Positions 27,718-36,338 of a stretch of 64,000 nucleotides of DNA are shown piece after piece (within the stretch, counting starts at the first letter, position 1; each line of letters starts with the position of its first letter). The notes under the pieces are model-generated. The model was not told the origin of the DNA. It worked only from the letters and a program-made list of their open reading frames with translations, and searched no databases. The DNA comes from a virus: positions 97,482-161,481 of the IMG/VR virus record IMGVR_UViG_3300036791_001907, one strand, 5' to 3'. The position numbers were made by a program, and so were the translations under genes.

Positions 27718-28676
27718 TGGCAGTTGCAACGCAGAAGCAGGGACGTTCACGCACGAAAAAGGAACCGGTGACACCGACCCGCGATCAGGTGATCGCGATG
27801 GTCCTGGAGCTGGGCGGCGAGCCCGAGCGGAAGCGCTACGAGAAGATCGAGGGTCTCGAGAAGACTCATGCCCGCGACGATGTTCTCCACCACTGGAAGG
27901 TGGGAAGCATTCTGGGCGAGAGTTTCCAGGAGCACGACGAGGAGACCATCCGCGTCTATTCGATCGGCCTTCAGCGCAAGGCGCAGACGCTGCGGCTCTC
28001 CGTGCGGCTGGCCGAGCTGTATTCCGAGCCCCAGGTCCGCGAGCTGCTCCAGGCGGCATCGACCGCGGGCCATGAGCTGAACTGGGGCCATTTCCGCCAG
28101 CTGCTTCACGAGGGGCTGACGGAGGCGCAGCGGGCCGACCTGGTGCGGCGGGTCACCAAGAACCGCTGGGGCTACCGCGAGTTGCAGGACAAGATCACGG
28201 CCATGCTGGGCGGCAAGAAGTCGCAGGGGGGCCGCAAGCCCGGCAAGACGAAGTACCGGACCTACGCCGGGGCTCTGAGCGCCATGAAGCTGCGCTCGCA
28301 GGCGTGGCTGGCGCTGGAGGAGGACTGGATCATCCAGGTCAAGGATCTGGTGCTCAAGCTCGGCGAGGACGAGAAGCTCACGCCGGAATTCGTCGCGACC
28401 ACCAAGGCCGCCGCAGCGCAGCTCCGGAGCGTGGCCAACAAGGCCCAGCGCGATGCCGAGGAGGCCGAGGCCATTGCCGCCGAGGTGGACAAGGCCCTGG
28501 GCCATCCCGAGCTGACGCCGGAAGCGCCGGCGGCGACGGTGCCCACGACCAACGGCGCCCCCAAGCACAATGGTGTCCCCAGGACCAGGACCAAGGCCAA
28601 GGCCAAGGCCAAGACCGCGCCCGGCAAGCCCGGCAAGCGCATCCGGCTTGCCAAGCACCCGAAGATGACCGGATGA
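27717..28676 (+). CDS. hypothetical basic protein, possible DNA-binding; KAKAKA tail
   Basis: ORF coupled by TGATG; LNWGHFRQL and WGYRELQ helical motifs. Confidence 0.7.
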   Translation: MAVATQKQGRSRTKKEPVTPTRDQVIAMVLELGGEPERKRYEKIEGLEKTHARDDVLHHWKVGSILGESFQEHDEETIRVYSIGLQRKAQTLRLSVRLAELYSEPQVRELLQAASTAGHELNWGHFRQLLHEGLTEAQRADLVRRVTKNRWGYRELQDKITAMLGGKKSQGGRKPGKTKYRTYAGALSAMKLRSQAWLALEEDWIIQVKDLVLKLGEDEKLTPEFVATTKAAAAQLRSVANKAQRDAEEAEAIAAEVDKALGHPELTPEAPAATVPTTNGAPKHNGVPRTRTKAKAKAKTAPGKPGKRIRLAKHPKMTG

Positions 28677-28727
28677 TGGTGCGGGCACGCGGTGCTGACT
28701 AACCATCCAGGTCCAGGGATTGCTGCA

Positions 28728-29117
28728 ATGCGGGGTGTCGAGGTCACCAACCAGTGGGCCGATCTCGAGATGTATGCCCAGCAGGGTCGCGACCCGGTCG
28801 GCATCATTTCCCGGGGAGCGCAGGAAGAATGGCAAATAGCGAAGGGCCCGATCAAGTTCGACCGGCCGATGGAGTGGTGGTCGGTTCGGGACGGCGACGC
28901 GGTCTACGTGCCGCTGGTCCCGTATCTGGTGTCGACAGTGCCGGAGGAGGCATTCGCCTATCTCCTGGAGATCGGGGTCATGGCCGGGATCCAGGTCAAC
29001 ATGACGCGGGGTCCGATCCGGCGGATCCACCTGATCCGGGGCAAGCCGGCGGAGGATCTCCGGCCGGAGACCAACGCATTCCGCTGCTGGGTGGGTCTGG
29101 CGATCCGCATCAAGTAG
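28728..29117 (+). CDS. hypothetical protein
   Basis: ORF with typical codon usage. Confidence 0.6.
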   Translation: MRGVEVTNQWADLEMYAQQGRDPVGIISRGAQEEWQIAKGPIKFDRPMEWWSVRDGDAVYVPLVPYLVSTVPEEAFAYLLEIGVMAGIQVNMTRGPIRRIHLIRGKPAEDLRPETNAFRCWVGLAIRIK

Positions 29118-29125
29118 GCGAGGAC

Positions 29126-29545
29126 CTGGCGGAGCGGATCCTCGAAGAGTTGCCGCCGCGGGGTACCTTCGGCGAGCTGCTCGCCAGGCTGAACAAGGAC
29201 ATGGCCCAGCTCAACGCGCACTACGATAACAGTCGGTGGCTCGCCGACATGGGCGCGGCCCTGGAGGACATCACCGTCGACCAGATGGTGCTCACCCTCG
29301 ACGTTGCCGGCCGGCGGTTCCGGATCGATCCCGAGAAGCTGCTGGGAGTCCATCATCTCGGTCAGATTGCCGAGTTTCTCCAGGCCGAGGAGACAACGAC
29401 CGGCATGGACAAGATCATCGCGGTTGCGGAGAGTGTCCGCGCGATCTACGACATGACCTTCCCGCGGGACGGTGCGATCGAACCGGAGAGCGGCGATGCG
29501 GGTCAAGTTTTGCAACCGGTGCAATCGGTCCCGGCCGGCCAGTAG
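29126..29545 (+). CDS. hypothetical protein; start uncertain (possible CTG start)
   Basis: Protein-like part of track ORF 28754..29545 begins after upstream stop; GAGG before CTG. Confidence 0.45.
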   Translation: MAERILEELPPRGTFGELLARLNKDMAQLNAHYDNSRWLADMGAALEDITVDQMVLTLDVAGRRFRIDPEKLLGVHHLGQIAEFLQAEETTTGMDKIIAVAESVRAIYDMTFPRDGAIEPESGDAGQVLQPVQSVPAGQ

Positions 29546-29592
29546 TCTCTGGTGCACCTGCGGCTGCCCCGAATATCGCTGGGAGGGGCCGC

Positions 29593-30456
29593 ATGGCGCG
29601 AGCAACGGCCTACAACTTCAAACAGATCGAGGCGCTTCAGAAGAAGATCGTGACCAGTCCGGAGATGTGGCCGCATTACAACGCGGTGCTGACGGGCGAA
29701 AGCTTCGCCGACCTGGTGGGAACCGTCGGCCGGCTGCTGGAAGGTAGCGTCGCTCCTCGCGTGCTCGAGGAAAGCTGCATCACGCTCCTGGGCAAGGAGC
29801 TGACCAGGCGGCGGCTGAATGCTTTCGCGCTGCGGATCGCCGCCAACATCAAGCGGTTGCGCCAGGGCGACGTGATCTTGCCCTGGACCCGCCAGGCCGA
29901 TGAAGAGTGGGCGCCGCTCGAGGTCATGCGGTGCTGGCCGGGCCGCAACCGCAAGGGGGACGCGGGGAGCTACTTTCAGTTCCTGGTGCTGGCCGGCACC
30001 CCTGTCGGGTTCAGTCTGGTCCGGTTCTGGACCCAGCGTCAGTACAGCTATATCGGGTTCGAGCTGGGCTTCTCGGGCAGGAAGAAGCGGCCGCTGCTGC
30101 ATCCCGCCTACATGGTGCGGCTGCGGTTCTCGGCCCTGTTCGAGCCCCGGCTGTCGACCGAGCGTCCCGGTTTCCACAAGGTGCGGCTCCCGCCTGGTCT
30201 GGCGCGGTACAACGAGCCGCTGATGGTGGACCGGTTCTTCCGGGAACCTGGCTGCAAGCCCCGGGGCTACGCGCATGCCTGCCACGTCTGCTGGCTGGGC
30301 TTCGGCAGCTGTCCGCTGGCCGTGCACCCGCTCGACTATGAACAGCACATTTGCGATCACTGCGGCGATCCGAAAGCATGGCACGATCCGGCTGAGCCCA
30401 TGGACATGTGCGTCAGCTGTGCCACCAAGATCCGGCTCAAACCCAAGGAGGCCTGA
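29593..30456 (+). CDS. hypothetical protein with C-terminal Cys/His zinc-binding cluster
   Basis: GGGAGG RBS; HACHVC..C...CDHC...CVSC. Confidence 0.75.
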   Translation: MARATAYNFKQIEALQKKIVTSPEMWPHYNAVLTGESFADLVGTVGRLLEGSVAPRVLEESCITLLGKELTRRRLNAFALRIAANIKRLRQGDVILPWTRQADEEWAPLEVMRCWPGRNRKGDAGSYFQFLVLAGTPVGFSLVRFWTQRQYSYIGFELGFSGRKKRPLLHPAYMVRLRFSALFEPRLSTERPGFHKVRLPPGLARYNEPLMVDRFFREPGCKPRGYAHACHVCWLGFGSCPLAVHPLDYEQHICDHCGDPKAWHDPAEPMDMCVSCATKIRLKPKEA

Positions 30457-30478
30457 TCGGCGTTAGGAGCGTACCGCT

Positions 30479-31012
30479 ATGAGCGTTTCGGCGTATTCTT
30501 GTTTGCTCCTGGGCGTCGAGGTCACCGTCATGGCGACTCCGACGCAAAAGGCGGTGACCCGCTATGATCCCGTGACCGGGGTGCCTGGTTCCGTCGAGCT
30601 GACCGTGCTGGAGCTCAGCATGGCGGCAGGCGGTCCATTCCTGGCCGTGTCGGCCGGCGACGCCAACTACCAGGCGGCCCAGGATAAGGATAAGTATCTC
30701 CGACTGGATGCCTGGGTCCGTGAGCAGACCAGCTTCCAGCTGGCTTCCTGGTTTGCGGCGCGGGGGTTCAAGAGCCAGGCCGGGGATATCACCAGGCGCG
30801 GTGATCTCGTCTACATGAGGAACCGCGGTCAGTATTTCGTTGGCCGGCTGCTCCTGGACACCGATAGCAGCGGCTACGGTGACGACAAGGCAACGGGCAC
30901 CATCGAGGTGCCGTCCGCGGAGGAGGTGGACAAGGTCCACGCAGCGCTGATCGACTGTTTCGGGCCGAAGGCCAAGCGGCCGCGGCTCGTGCTTTCCACG
31001 ACTTTGAGTTGA
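30479..31012 (+). CDS. hypothetical protein
   Basis: AGGAG RBS; ORF. Confidence 0.65.
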   Translation: MSVSAYSCLLLGVEVTVMATPTQKAVTRYDPVTGVPGSVELTVLELSMAAGGPFLAVSAGDANYQAAQDKDKYLRLDAWVREQTSFQLASWFAARGFKSQAGDITRRGDLVYMRNRGQYFVGRLLLDTDSSGYGDDKATGTIEVPSAEEVDKVHAALIDCFGPKAKRPRLVLSTTLS

Positions 31013-31023
31013 AGGAGGATCCC

Positions 31024-31437
31024 ATGACGACGTTCATTCTGGCTTTCGCGTTCGTGGCTCAGGCCGCACCGCTGCCGCCGCTTGTGTCGGCAGTCCAGGC
31101 GCAGGCACCGGGACGGTCAGATCCTGATCGGCCCAACCCGGACCGGCCGGTTGACCGGCCAGTTCAGCCCGCGCGTCCTGAGCCGCCGCCCAGTCCGCCG
31201 GAGCAGCCTTCGGGTCAGGTTCCTGCTGCATCGGCGCAGGCGCCTGTGTACGCATCGCCCCAGGCGGCTGGTGGCGCTGAGATGCCGCCGATCGCCATTC
31301 CCATTAACCCGGTGATTCGCTGGCTGGCGTATCCGGGTACGGCTCCGTGTGCGCCGCCGGTGACCTACGCGCGACGGGGCATTTTCCGGCACGGTTTCGG
31401 GCAGGGCTGGCGTCGCGCCAACCGGTGCTACCGATGA
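31024..31437 (+). CDS. Pro-rich putatively secreted protein
   Basis: Hydrophobic N-terminus MTTFILAFAFVAQA; strong RBS; basic RRGIFR tail. Confidence 0.6.
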   Translation: MTTFILAFAFVAQAAPLPPLVSAVQAQAPGRSDPDRPNPDRPVDRPVQPARPEPPPSPPEQPSGQVPAASAQAPVYASPQAAGGAEMPPIAIPINPVIRWLAYPGTAPCAPPVTYARRGIFRHGFGQGWRRANRCYR

Positions 31438-31688
31438 CCATCGGCGGCATCAAGATCAGCGAGCCCAAGTTCATCGTCCTGTCTCAACTTCTGGAGCACG
31501 GCGAGGTCGCCACCCGTAGTGTGCACGGCCGGACCGGCGGAGCACTGCTCGCAGAAGGATTGATCGAGGTGTTCGTACCCGAGGCCAGGACTCTTGCCAT
31601 GGCCGAACGGGGACGAGTCAAGTATTATCGCCTCACCGCGGCCGGCCGGGAGGCGATCCTCGGCGTCAAGCGACGCTACAAACGCTAA
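31434..31688 (+). CDS. small winged-helix (PadR-like wing) protein
   Basis: LLAEGLIE...RVKYYRLTAAGREA; ATGA overlap. Confidence 0.6.
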   Translation: MTIGGIKISEPKFIVLSQLLEHGEVATRSVHGRTGGALLAEGLIEVFVPEARTLAMAERGRVKYYRLTAAGREAILGVKRRYKR

Positions 31689-31704
31689 AAGGAGGACCCG
31701 CATC

Positions 31705-33231
31705 ATGCAGCAGTATCTCGATCTGCTCAACCGGATCGTTCATGAGGGTGAGGACGTCCAGTCGGGTGCCGTGATCCAGAGCGAGAACCGCAAGGCCGTC
31801 TGCCGGACGCTGGTGGGGCAGCAGCTCCGCTTCGACCTCCGCCAGGGGTTCCCGATCGTCACGACCAAGCCCGTGCCGTTCGATATCGTCGCCGACGAGG
31901 TGCTCTGGTTCCTGCGCGGCGAAACCAGTATCAACACGCTGGGCCGTACGATCAGCGACATCCCGGAAGGGTTCGGCGGCGTCATGACGCTGCCCGATGT
32001 CAAGATCCCGAAGAAGTTCGTTCGCCGCAAGATCTGGGACGCCTGGCGCGATCCGATCACCGGGGATCTTGGTCCCATCTACGGGTATCAATGGCGGCGG
32101 CAGGAGCATCTGCACCTTCGCGAGCCGGCCGTATTCCCACAGGTTGCGCGCGAGGAACTGGATGCGCTTGCTGCCGAGCATGGCAAGGCTACTGTCATGG
32201 ATGTCGGGTTTCGCGGGACGCCCGACCTGACCGATCCGCAGCACAAGATGCTCCAACTTCTCTGGATCGGCATGCTCCATCGTTGCTACGACCAGACCCG
32301 GCCCGAGTATGCTTTCTACGGGGCCAAAGGTGTCCACGTCGATCCTCGCTGGCTCGTCTTCTCTAACTTCCAGCGCGATGCCAAGTTGTTGCCGCGGTGG
32401 CGGCTCAAGGCGGCATTCCCTGACGAATACTGGCTCGACAAGGACTTCCTTGCCACGAACCGCTACGGGCCAGATACAGCGGTCTGGGCGAGCAAACCGG
32501 AACAGCATGCTAACAGCGGGAAGGGTACATTCTTCCGCGCGGCATCGCCGGATGGTCGGATCTACCGATCGATCAGCGCCGGGCGGTTTGCGAAGATCCA
32601 TGATCTCGACGCGTCCAGTGTCTACAAATGCCTGCGAGGCGAGGACTCCGCCTACAAGGGCTGGCGGTTCGAGCGGATCGATACCGGGGACGCTGTTCCT
32701 CGACTCGAACTCGTCGATCAGGTGGCGAACGTCCTCGCTGACCTGCGGGCTGTGGCGGGCGATCCCGGTGACAGGGCCCGTAGGCGGATCATCCTTACAG
32801 CATGGAACCCGCCCGATATCCCCGAGATGGGCCTGGCGCCCTGCCACACTTTGGCACAGTTCCTACCCACCAACGGCAAGCTGGACGTGGTCTGCCACTG
32901 GCGGTCGATCGACATGTTCCTGGGATGTCCGTTCAACATCATCCAGTATGCGCTGCTGGCGCACATCTTCGGCCAGCTGGCCGGCCTGGAGCCCAGGCAC
33001 CTGGTGGCGAACATCGCCGACTGCCACCTCTACGATAACCAGCTCGTTCAGGTTCGTGATCAACTTGAACGCGAACCGCGGCCGCTGCCCAGGCTGGTGA
33101 TCAATGATCGGTTCTTCCAGACCTGTCCGGACCTGAGCATCGAGCAGCTGCGGCAGGTTGATCCATTCTGGTTCACACTGGCCGGCTACACACCCCACGA
33201 GGGTAAACTGCGAGCAGAGGTTGCTGTCTGA
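31705..33231 (+). CDS. thyA: thymidylate synthase ThyA with in-frame HNH-like insertion
   Basis: MQQYLDLL, FDLRQGFPIVTTK, EVLWFLRG, GPIYGYQWR, RRIILTAWNP, LAPCH, RSIDMFLGCPFN, DCHLYDN. Confidence 0.95.
   Translation: MQQYLDLLNRIVHEGEDVQSGAVIQSENRKAVCRTLVGQQLRFDLRQGFPIVTTKPVPFDIVADEVLWFLRGETSINTLGRTISDIPEGFGGVMTLPDVKIPKKFVRRKIWDAWRDPITGDLGPIYGYQWRRQEHLHLREPAVFPQVAREELDALAAEHGKATVMDVGFRGTPDLTDPQHKMLQLLWIGMLHRCYDQTRPEYAFYGAKGVHVDPRWLVFSNFQRDAKLLPRWRLKAAFPDEYWLDKDFLATNRYGPDTAVWASKPEQHANSGKGTFFRAASPDGRIYRSISAGRFAKIHDLDASSVYKCLRGEDSAYKGWRFERIDTGDAVPRLELVDQVANVLADLRAVAGDPGDRARRRIILTAWNPPDIPEMGLAPCHTLAQFLPTNGKLDVVCHWRSIDMFLGCPFNIIQYALLAHIFGQLAGLEPRHLVANIADCHLYDNQLVQVRDQLEREPRPLPRLVINDRFFQTCPDLSIEQLRQVDPFWFTLAGYTPHEGKLRAEVAV
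32101..32712 (+). mobile_element. in-frame HNH-type endonuclease-like domain plus NUMOD1-like HTH inside thyA
   Basis: WIGMLHRCY..Y..YGAKGVHV..RW..FSNF, LDKD...NRYGP...W...Q.AN, then FAKIHDLDASSVYKCLRG...YKGWRF. Confidence 0.8.
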
Positions 33232-33290
33232 CGCTATTTCGAGCGCAGCCGGCGGGCGGTGTTGATCGCCGCCATGCCGGCGCGCGAGCT

Positions 33291-33866
33291 GTGACAAGGA
33301 TCCGTTCTGTGCACATCAGGAATTTGTCGATCGTGGTGGCGATGGACGATCAGGGCGTGATCGGCCACAATGGCGTGCTGCCATGGCCCGATATCAAGGA
33401 CGGCAGGTGGTTCCGCGAGAAGACGCTCCACCATTCACTCATCATGGGCCGCCGGACCTTCGAGGAAGTCATTACCCGGCACGGCCAGCCGCTTGACAAG
33501 CGGACCTCGATCGTGCTTTCCACGCGGCCCTGGGACGAGACCTGGCCGTCGCCCGGAGTGGACGAGCATGGGGTCCGCTGGGCCCGGGATCCTCTGGAGG
33601 CCCTGGACATGGCGTCCTGGGGCTGGAATGGCGGCGGTACATCCGACGCCGTGGTGATCGGCGGGGCTCAGGTCTACGAGATCTTTCTCCCCTTCGCTGC
33701 CACCATCTACCTGACGCTCGTCGCCGGCGATCATCAGGGGGACACGCTGTTTCCGGGCCGGGTTCCCGGACCACCGCAGTGGCGGGCCGAAACCGAGCCG
33801 CTTAACTTCGATGGTTTCTCATGTCATACACTATGCAGAACGGCGCCGGCGGGCCATCAGGTCTGA
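33291..33866 (+). CDS. folA: dihydrofolate reductase
   Basis: IVVAMD..GVIG..G.LPW, IMGRRTFE, VIGGAQVY, GDTLFP; follows thyA. Confidence 0.92.
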   Translation: MTRIRSVHIRNLSIVVAMDDQGVIGHNGVLPWPDIKDGRWFREKTLHHSLIMGRRTFEEVITRHGQPLDKRTSIVLSTRPWDETWPSPGVDEHGVRWARDPLEALDMASWGWNGGGTSDAVVIGGAQVYEIFLPFAATIYLTLVAGDHQGDTLFPGRVPGPPQWRAETEPLNFDGFSCHTLCRTAPAGHQV

Positions 33867-33875
33867 GAGGTCACC

Positions 33876-34451
33876 ATGGGCGATACGCAGCGTAACGCAC
33901 CAGTCGCGTTGACCCTGGATGGCTACCAGTCGCGGGCCATCGACACGGCCACCTACCCGGGCCGTGGCAACTACCAGCTGATCTACCCGGTGATCGCGCT
34001 GGCCGGTGAGACCGGCGAGCTGGCCGAGGCGGTTCTGGAGCTGGCCTGGCAGGGACCGAAGGAGGGCGTGGCCTTCAGGGCGCTGACCATGGTCGCGGCC
34101 TGCGGCGGGGTTATGGAACGGGTGAAGAAGGTCTACCGCAACGATCCCCCGGGGGAACTGACTCCGGAGCGGAAGCAGGAGTTGCTCAATGCCATCGCGC
34201 TGACGACCTGCGCGCTGGATGACCTTGCCGTGGCCATCGAGTTCGACGAGCGCGTCGAATTCCCGCCCGTGCCCGTCAACGCGACTGACCGGGAGCGCCT
34301 GGTCAAGGAGACCGGCGATATTCTCTGGTATGTGGCGGACTTCTGCACCGAGATCCGGGTCTCGCTGGGCTACGTGGGTGAGGTCAACTACATCAAGCTT
34401 GCTGACCGGGCGCGTCGCGACGCGATCCGGGGCAGCGGCGATAACCGTTGA
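33876..34451 (+). CDS. mazG: MazG-like nucleoside triphosphate pyrophosphohydrolase
   Basis: YQ..A..TATYP, LAGETGELAE, KETGDILWYVA, N..KL.DR..R..I.GSGDNR; contains two helical inserts. Confidence 0.85.
   Translation: MGDTQRNAPVALTLDGYQSRAIDTATYPGRGNYQLIYPVIALAGETGELAEAVLELAWQGPKEGVAFRALTMVAACGGVMERVKKVYRNDPPGELTPERKQELLNAIALTTCALDDLAVAIEFDERVEFPPVPVNATDRERLVKETGDILWYVADFCTEIRVSLGYVGEVNYIKLADRARRDAIRGSGDNR
33881..33897. promoter_or_regulatory. copy of 17-bp palindrome, at start of mazG
   Basis: CGATACGCAGCGTAACG, 1 mismatch to consensus. Confidence 0.55.
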
Positions 34452-34506
34452 CCAATGGCCTCTGCCACGTCAAACTGGCGGAGGCCAGTAAGGCAGGAGG
34501 TGATCT

Positions 34507-34968
34507 GTGTCGCATGTGGTTGCCCACCCGGACGTTTGCTTCACCGACTTCGACGCGTTGCGTTCCGCGTGCGAGGAGTCGGGGCTCGAGTTCCGCGAGG
34601 GTCAGAAGACCTGGAAGTACTGGGGATCGTGGGCGAACGACTACCACGCGAAGGATGCCGCCTACAAGCACGGCATCGACCCCAAGGACTACGGCAAGGG
34701 CGTGCACGCCATCGCCGTCAAGGGGGACAAGGACGCCTACGAGATCGGCCTGGTCAAGAGCCCGCTGGGCACAGGCTGGATGCCGGTCTATGACTTCTTC
34801 GGGAGTCACGGCAAGAAGATCCAGGCCGCGGCCGGCAAGCAGCTCGAGAAGCTCAAGGGCAAGTATGCGGAGCACGCGATCCGCAACCAGGCCCAGCGCC
34901 AGGGCCACGCGGTACGCCGGGTGGTGACCCCGCAGGGGCAGGTCCAGATGATCGTGACCCAGCGGTAA
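34507..34968 (+). CDS. DUF1257/Ycf35-like protein
   Basis: SHV...D.DAL..AC...GLEF.EGQKT, YEIGL, YD.FG, A..QGH.V; AGGAGGTGAT RBS. Confidence 0.7.
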   Translation: MSHVVAHPDVCFTDFDALRSACEESGLEFREGQKTWKYWGSWANDYHAKDAAYKHGIDPKDYGKGVHAIAVKGDKDAYEIGLVKSPLGTGWMPVYDFFGSHGKKIQAAAGKQLEKLKGKYAEHAIRNQAQRQGHAVRRVVTPQGQVQMIVTQR

Positions 34969-34978
34969 GGAGACTGGC

Positions 34979-35431
34979 ATGATCAGGGCACGTCCGAAGC
35001 GCATGGCCGGCAAGCTAAGCACTTACTGGCCGCCGGGCGATGTCCTGAACTTCTGGCCGACGCTGCTGCGGGTGGCGCTCGAGCGCCTGCGACCGGAGCA
35101 CCGACCGCCGATGGTGAAGTTCCTGCTGGAACACCATGGCATTTCGGATCCGGTTCTCTTCGAGGCCATGAACCGCTACATCAAGGCCCTGAAGCTGGCC
35201 CATCTGGATCCTGACGTTAATAGTTTGGACGTGGCCTGCGCGCGCGAGGGATTCGTCCTGAGTCCCCCGGCGGCGCAGGCCGCGATCTTGATGGTCATTG
35301 GCGAGTTGACGACCGGCATCTACATTGCCGGCGTCAAGGACTCGACCCCACTCGGGGAGACCGGGATCCGGGACGACGTGGAGTCACTTGTATGGGCAGC
35401 GGAACAACAAGTGCAGAGCCTGCGAGGCTAG
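34979..35431 (+). CDS. hypothetical protein
   Basis: AAGGAG RBS; ORF. Confidence 0.65.
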   Translation: MIRARPKRMAGKLSTYWPPGDVLNFWPTLLRVALERLRPEHRPPMVKFLLEHHGISDPVLFEAMNRYIKALKLAHLDPDVNSLDVACAREGFVLSPPAAQAAILMVIGELTTGIYIAGVKDSTPLGETGIRDDVESLVWAAEQQVQSLRG

Positions 35432-36177
35432 ATCCGCGCTGGTATGCGCGCGTGGCGTCGTTCCTGGGCGGGTTTCCTGATGACTACCTGGTCTTCGACT
35501 GTGAGACCAACGGCCTGGAGTCGCGGGACCGGCGGACCCTGCCGGTCGAGCTGGGCTGGTGCATGATCAAGGATCGCGTCCCGGTTCATGAGGATAGCGT
35601 TCTCGTGAACTGGGCGCTGCACCCGGACATCAACGCGGCCTGGTTCGAGGAGTCGGTCCACGAGACCGGCCGGCGGATGCAGGAACGGGGCATCGCGCAC
35701 GTGATCACCTGGGATCAGCTCCGCGCTGAGGGCCATGACCCGCGCGACGTGCTGCCACACTTTCGCGACTTCCTGGCAGAGGCCCAGGCCAACGGCTACT
35801 GGTACGCCGGCCACAACGTCTACGGCTTTGACCGGCCGATCGTCGAGAACGCGACCTTCACGGCGACCGGCGACATGTTCCGGTTCGACTACCGGCGGTT
35901 CCTGGACTCCGGGATGATCTTCAAGGCAATGGCCACGGGCTTTCCCGTACCCGATCCCGGCGCCCGGCATATCTTTCGCTGGTATGAGGACGTCCGCGGG
36001 TTCGTCCGCAAGGGGAAGTGGAGCCTGTCGACCTGCCTGTATGCGCTGGGTCTCGTCGAACGCTACGCCATCGACATGGCACAGATGCACGGGGCCGCCC
36101 AGGACTGCCGCTGCACCCACTACATCCTGGAGGCATTCCGCGAACTCGCCGCGGCTGGAACCGCTCCAGTAACCTGA
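35392..36177 (+). CDS. DEDDh 3'-5' exonuclease (DnaQ-like)
   Basis: VFDCETNGL, AGHNVYGFD, FLDS, HGAAQDC. Confidence 0.85.
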   Translation: MGSGTTSAEPARLDPRWYARVASFLGGFPDDYLVFDCETNGLESRDRRTLPVELGWCMIKDRVPVHEDSVLVNWALHPDINAAWFEESVHETGRRMQERGIAHVITWDQLRAEGHDPRDVLPHFRDFLAEAQANGYWYAGHNVYGFDRPIVENATFTATGDMFRFDYRRFLDSGMIFKAMATGFPVPDPGARHIFRWYEDVRGFVRKGKWSLSTCLYALGLVERYAIDMAQMHGAAQDCRCTHYILEAFRELAAAGTAPVT

Positions 36178-36218
36178 AGCGCTTGTGCAGCATAGCGCTC
36201 AGAGCATAAAGTTGATTG

Positions 36219-36321
36219 TTGACGCCGCGTGCGGTGCGCCCATCCGCCAGGTCGGGTCAGCAAGGAGGTGATATCGGACTTGCCCAGGATGCTTATCCAT
36301 TGCTGCCGCCGGCGTCGATCA
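36219..36321 (+). ncRNA. rod-like structured RNA/leader with apical C-AAGGAG-G loop
   Basis: Nested helices TTGACGCCG/CGGCGTCGA, GCGGTG/CATTGC, CATCC/GGATG, CAGGTC/GACTTG, GTCA/TGAT; TTGTGC-N18-TAAAGT upstream. Confidence 0.45.
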
Positions 36322-36338
36322 GACGAAGGAGGTGTTTC

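Noticed and set aside
28580-28640. Hexamer tandem repeat CCAAGG/CCAGGA
   Set aside because: Explained by the coding of the TRTKAKAKAK low-complexity tail
30461-30476. Further copy of the 17-bp palindrome (CGTTAGGAGCGTACCG); half sites near 2302, 44687 and 57916
   Set aside because: Too degenerate; first one is explained as an RBS
32101-32712. Intein or group I intron in thyA
   Set aside because: No intein terminal residues; insert is fully protein-coding with no space for a ribozyme core
31705-33231. dCMP/dUMP hydroxymethylase (modified-base pathway)
   Set aside because: PFN asparagine and other canonical ThyA motifs are retained and DHFR is adjacent
36245-36270. SRP RNA (CAGG...AGCA)
   Set aside because: Only 7 nt between CAGG and AGCA and no GNRA-capped stem as in SRP helix 8
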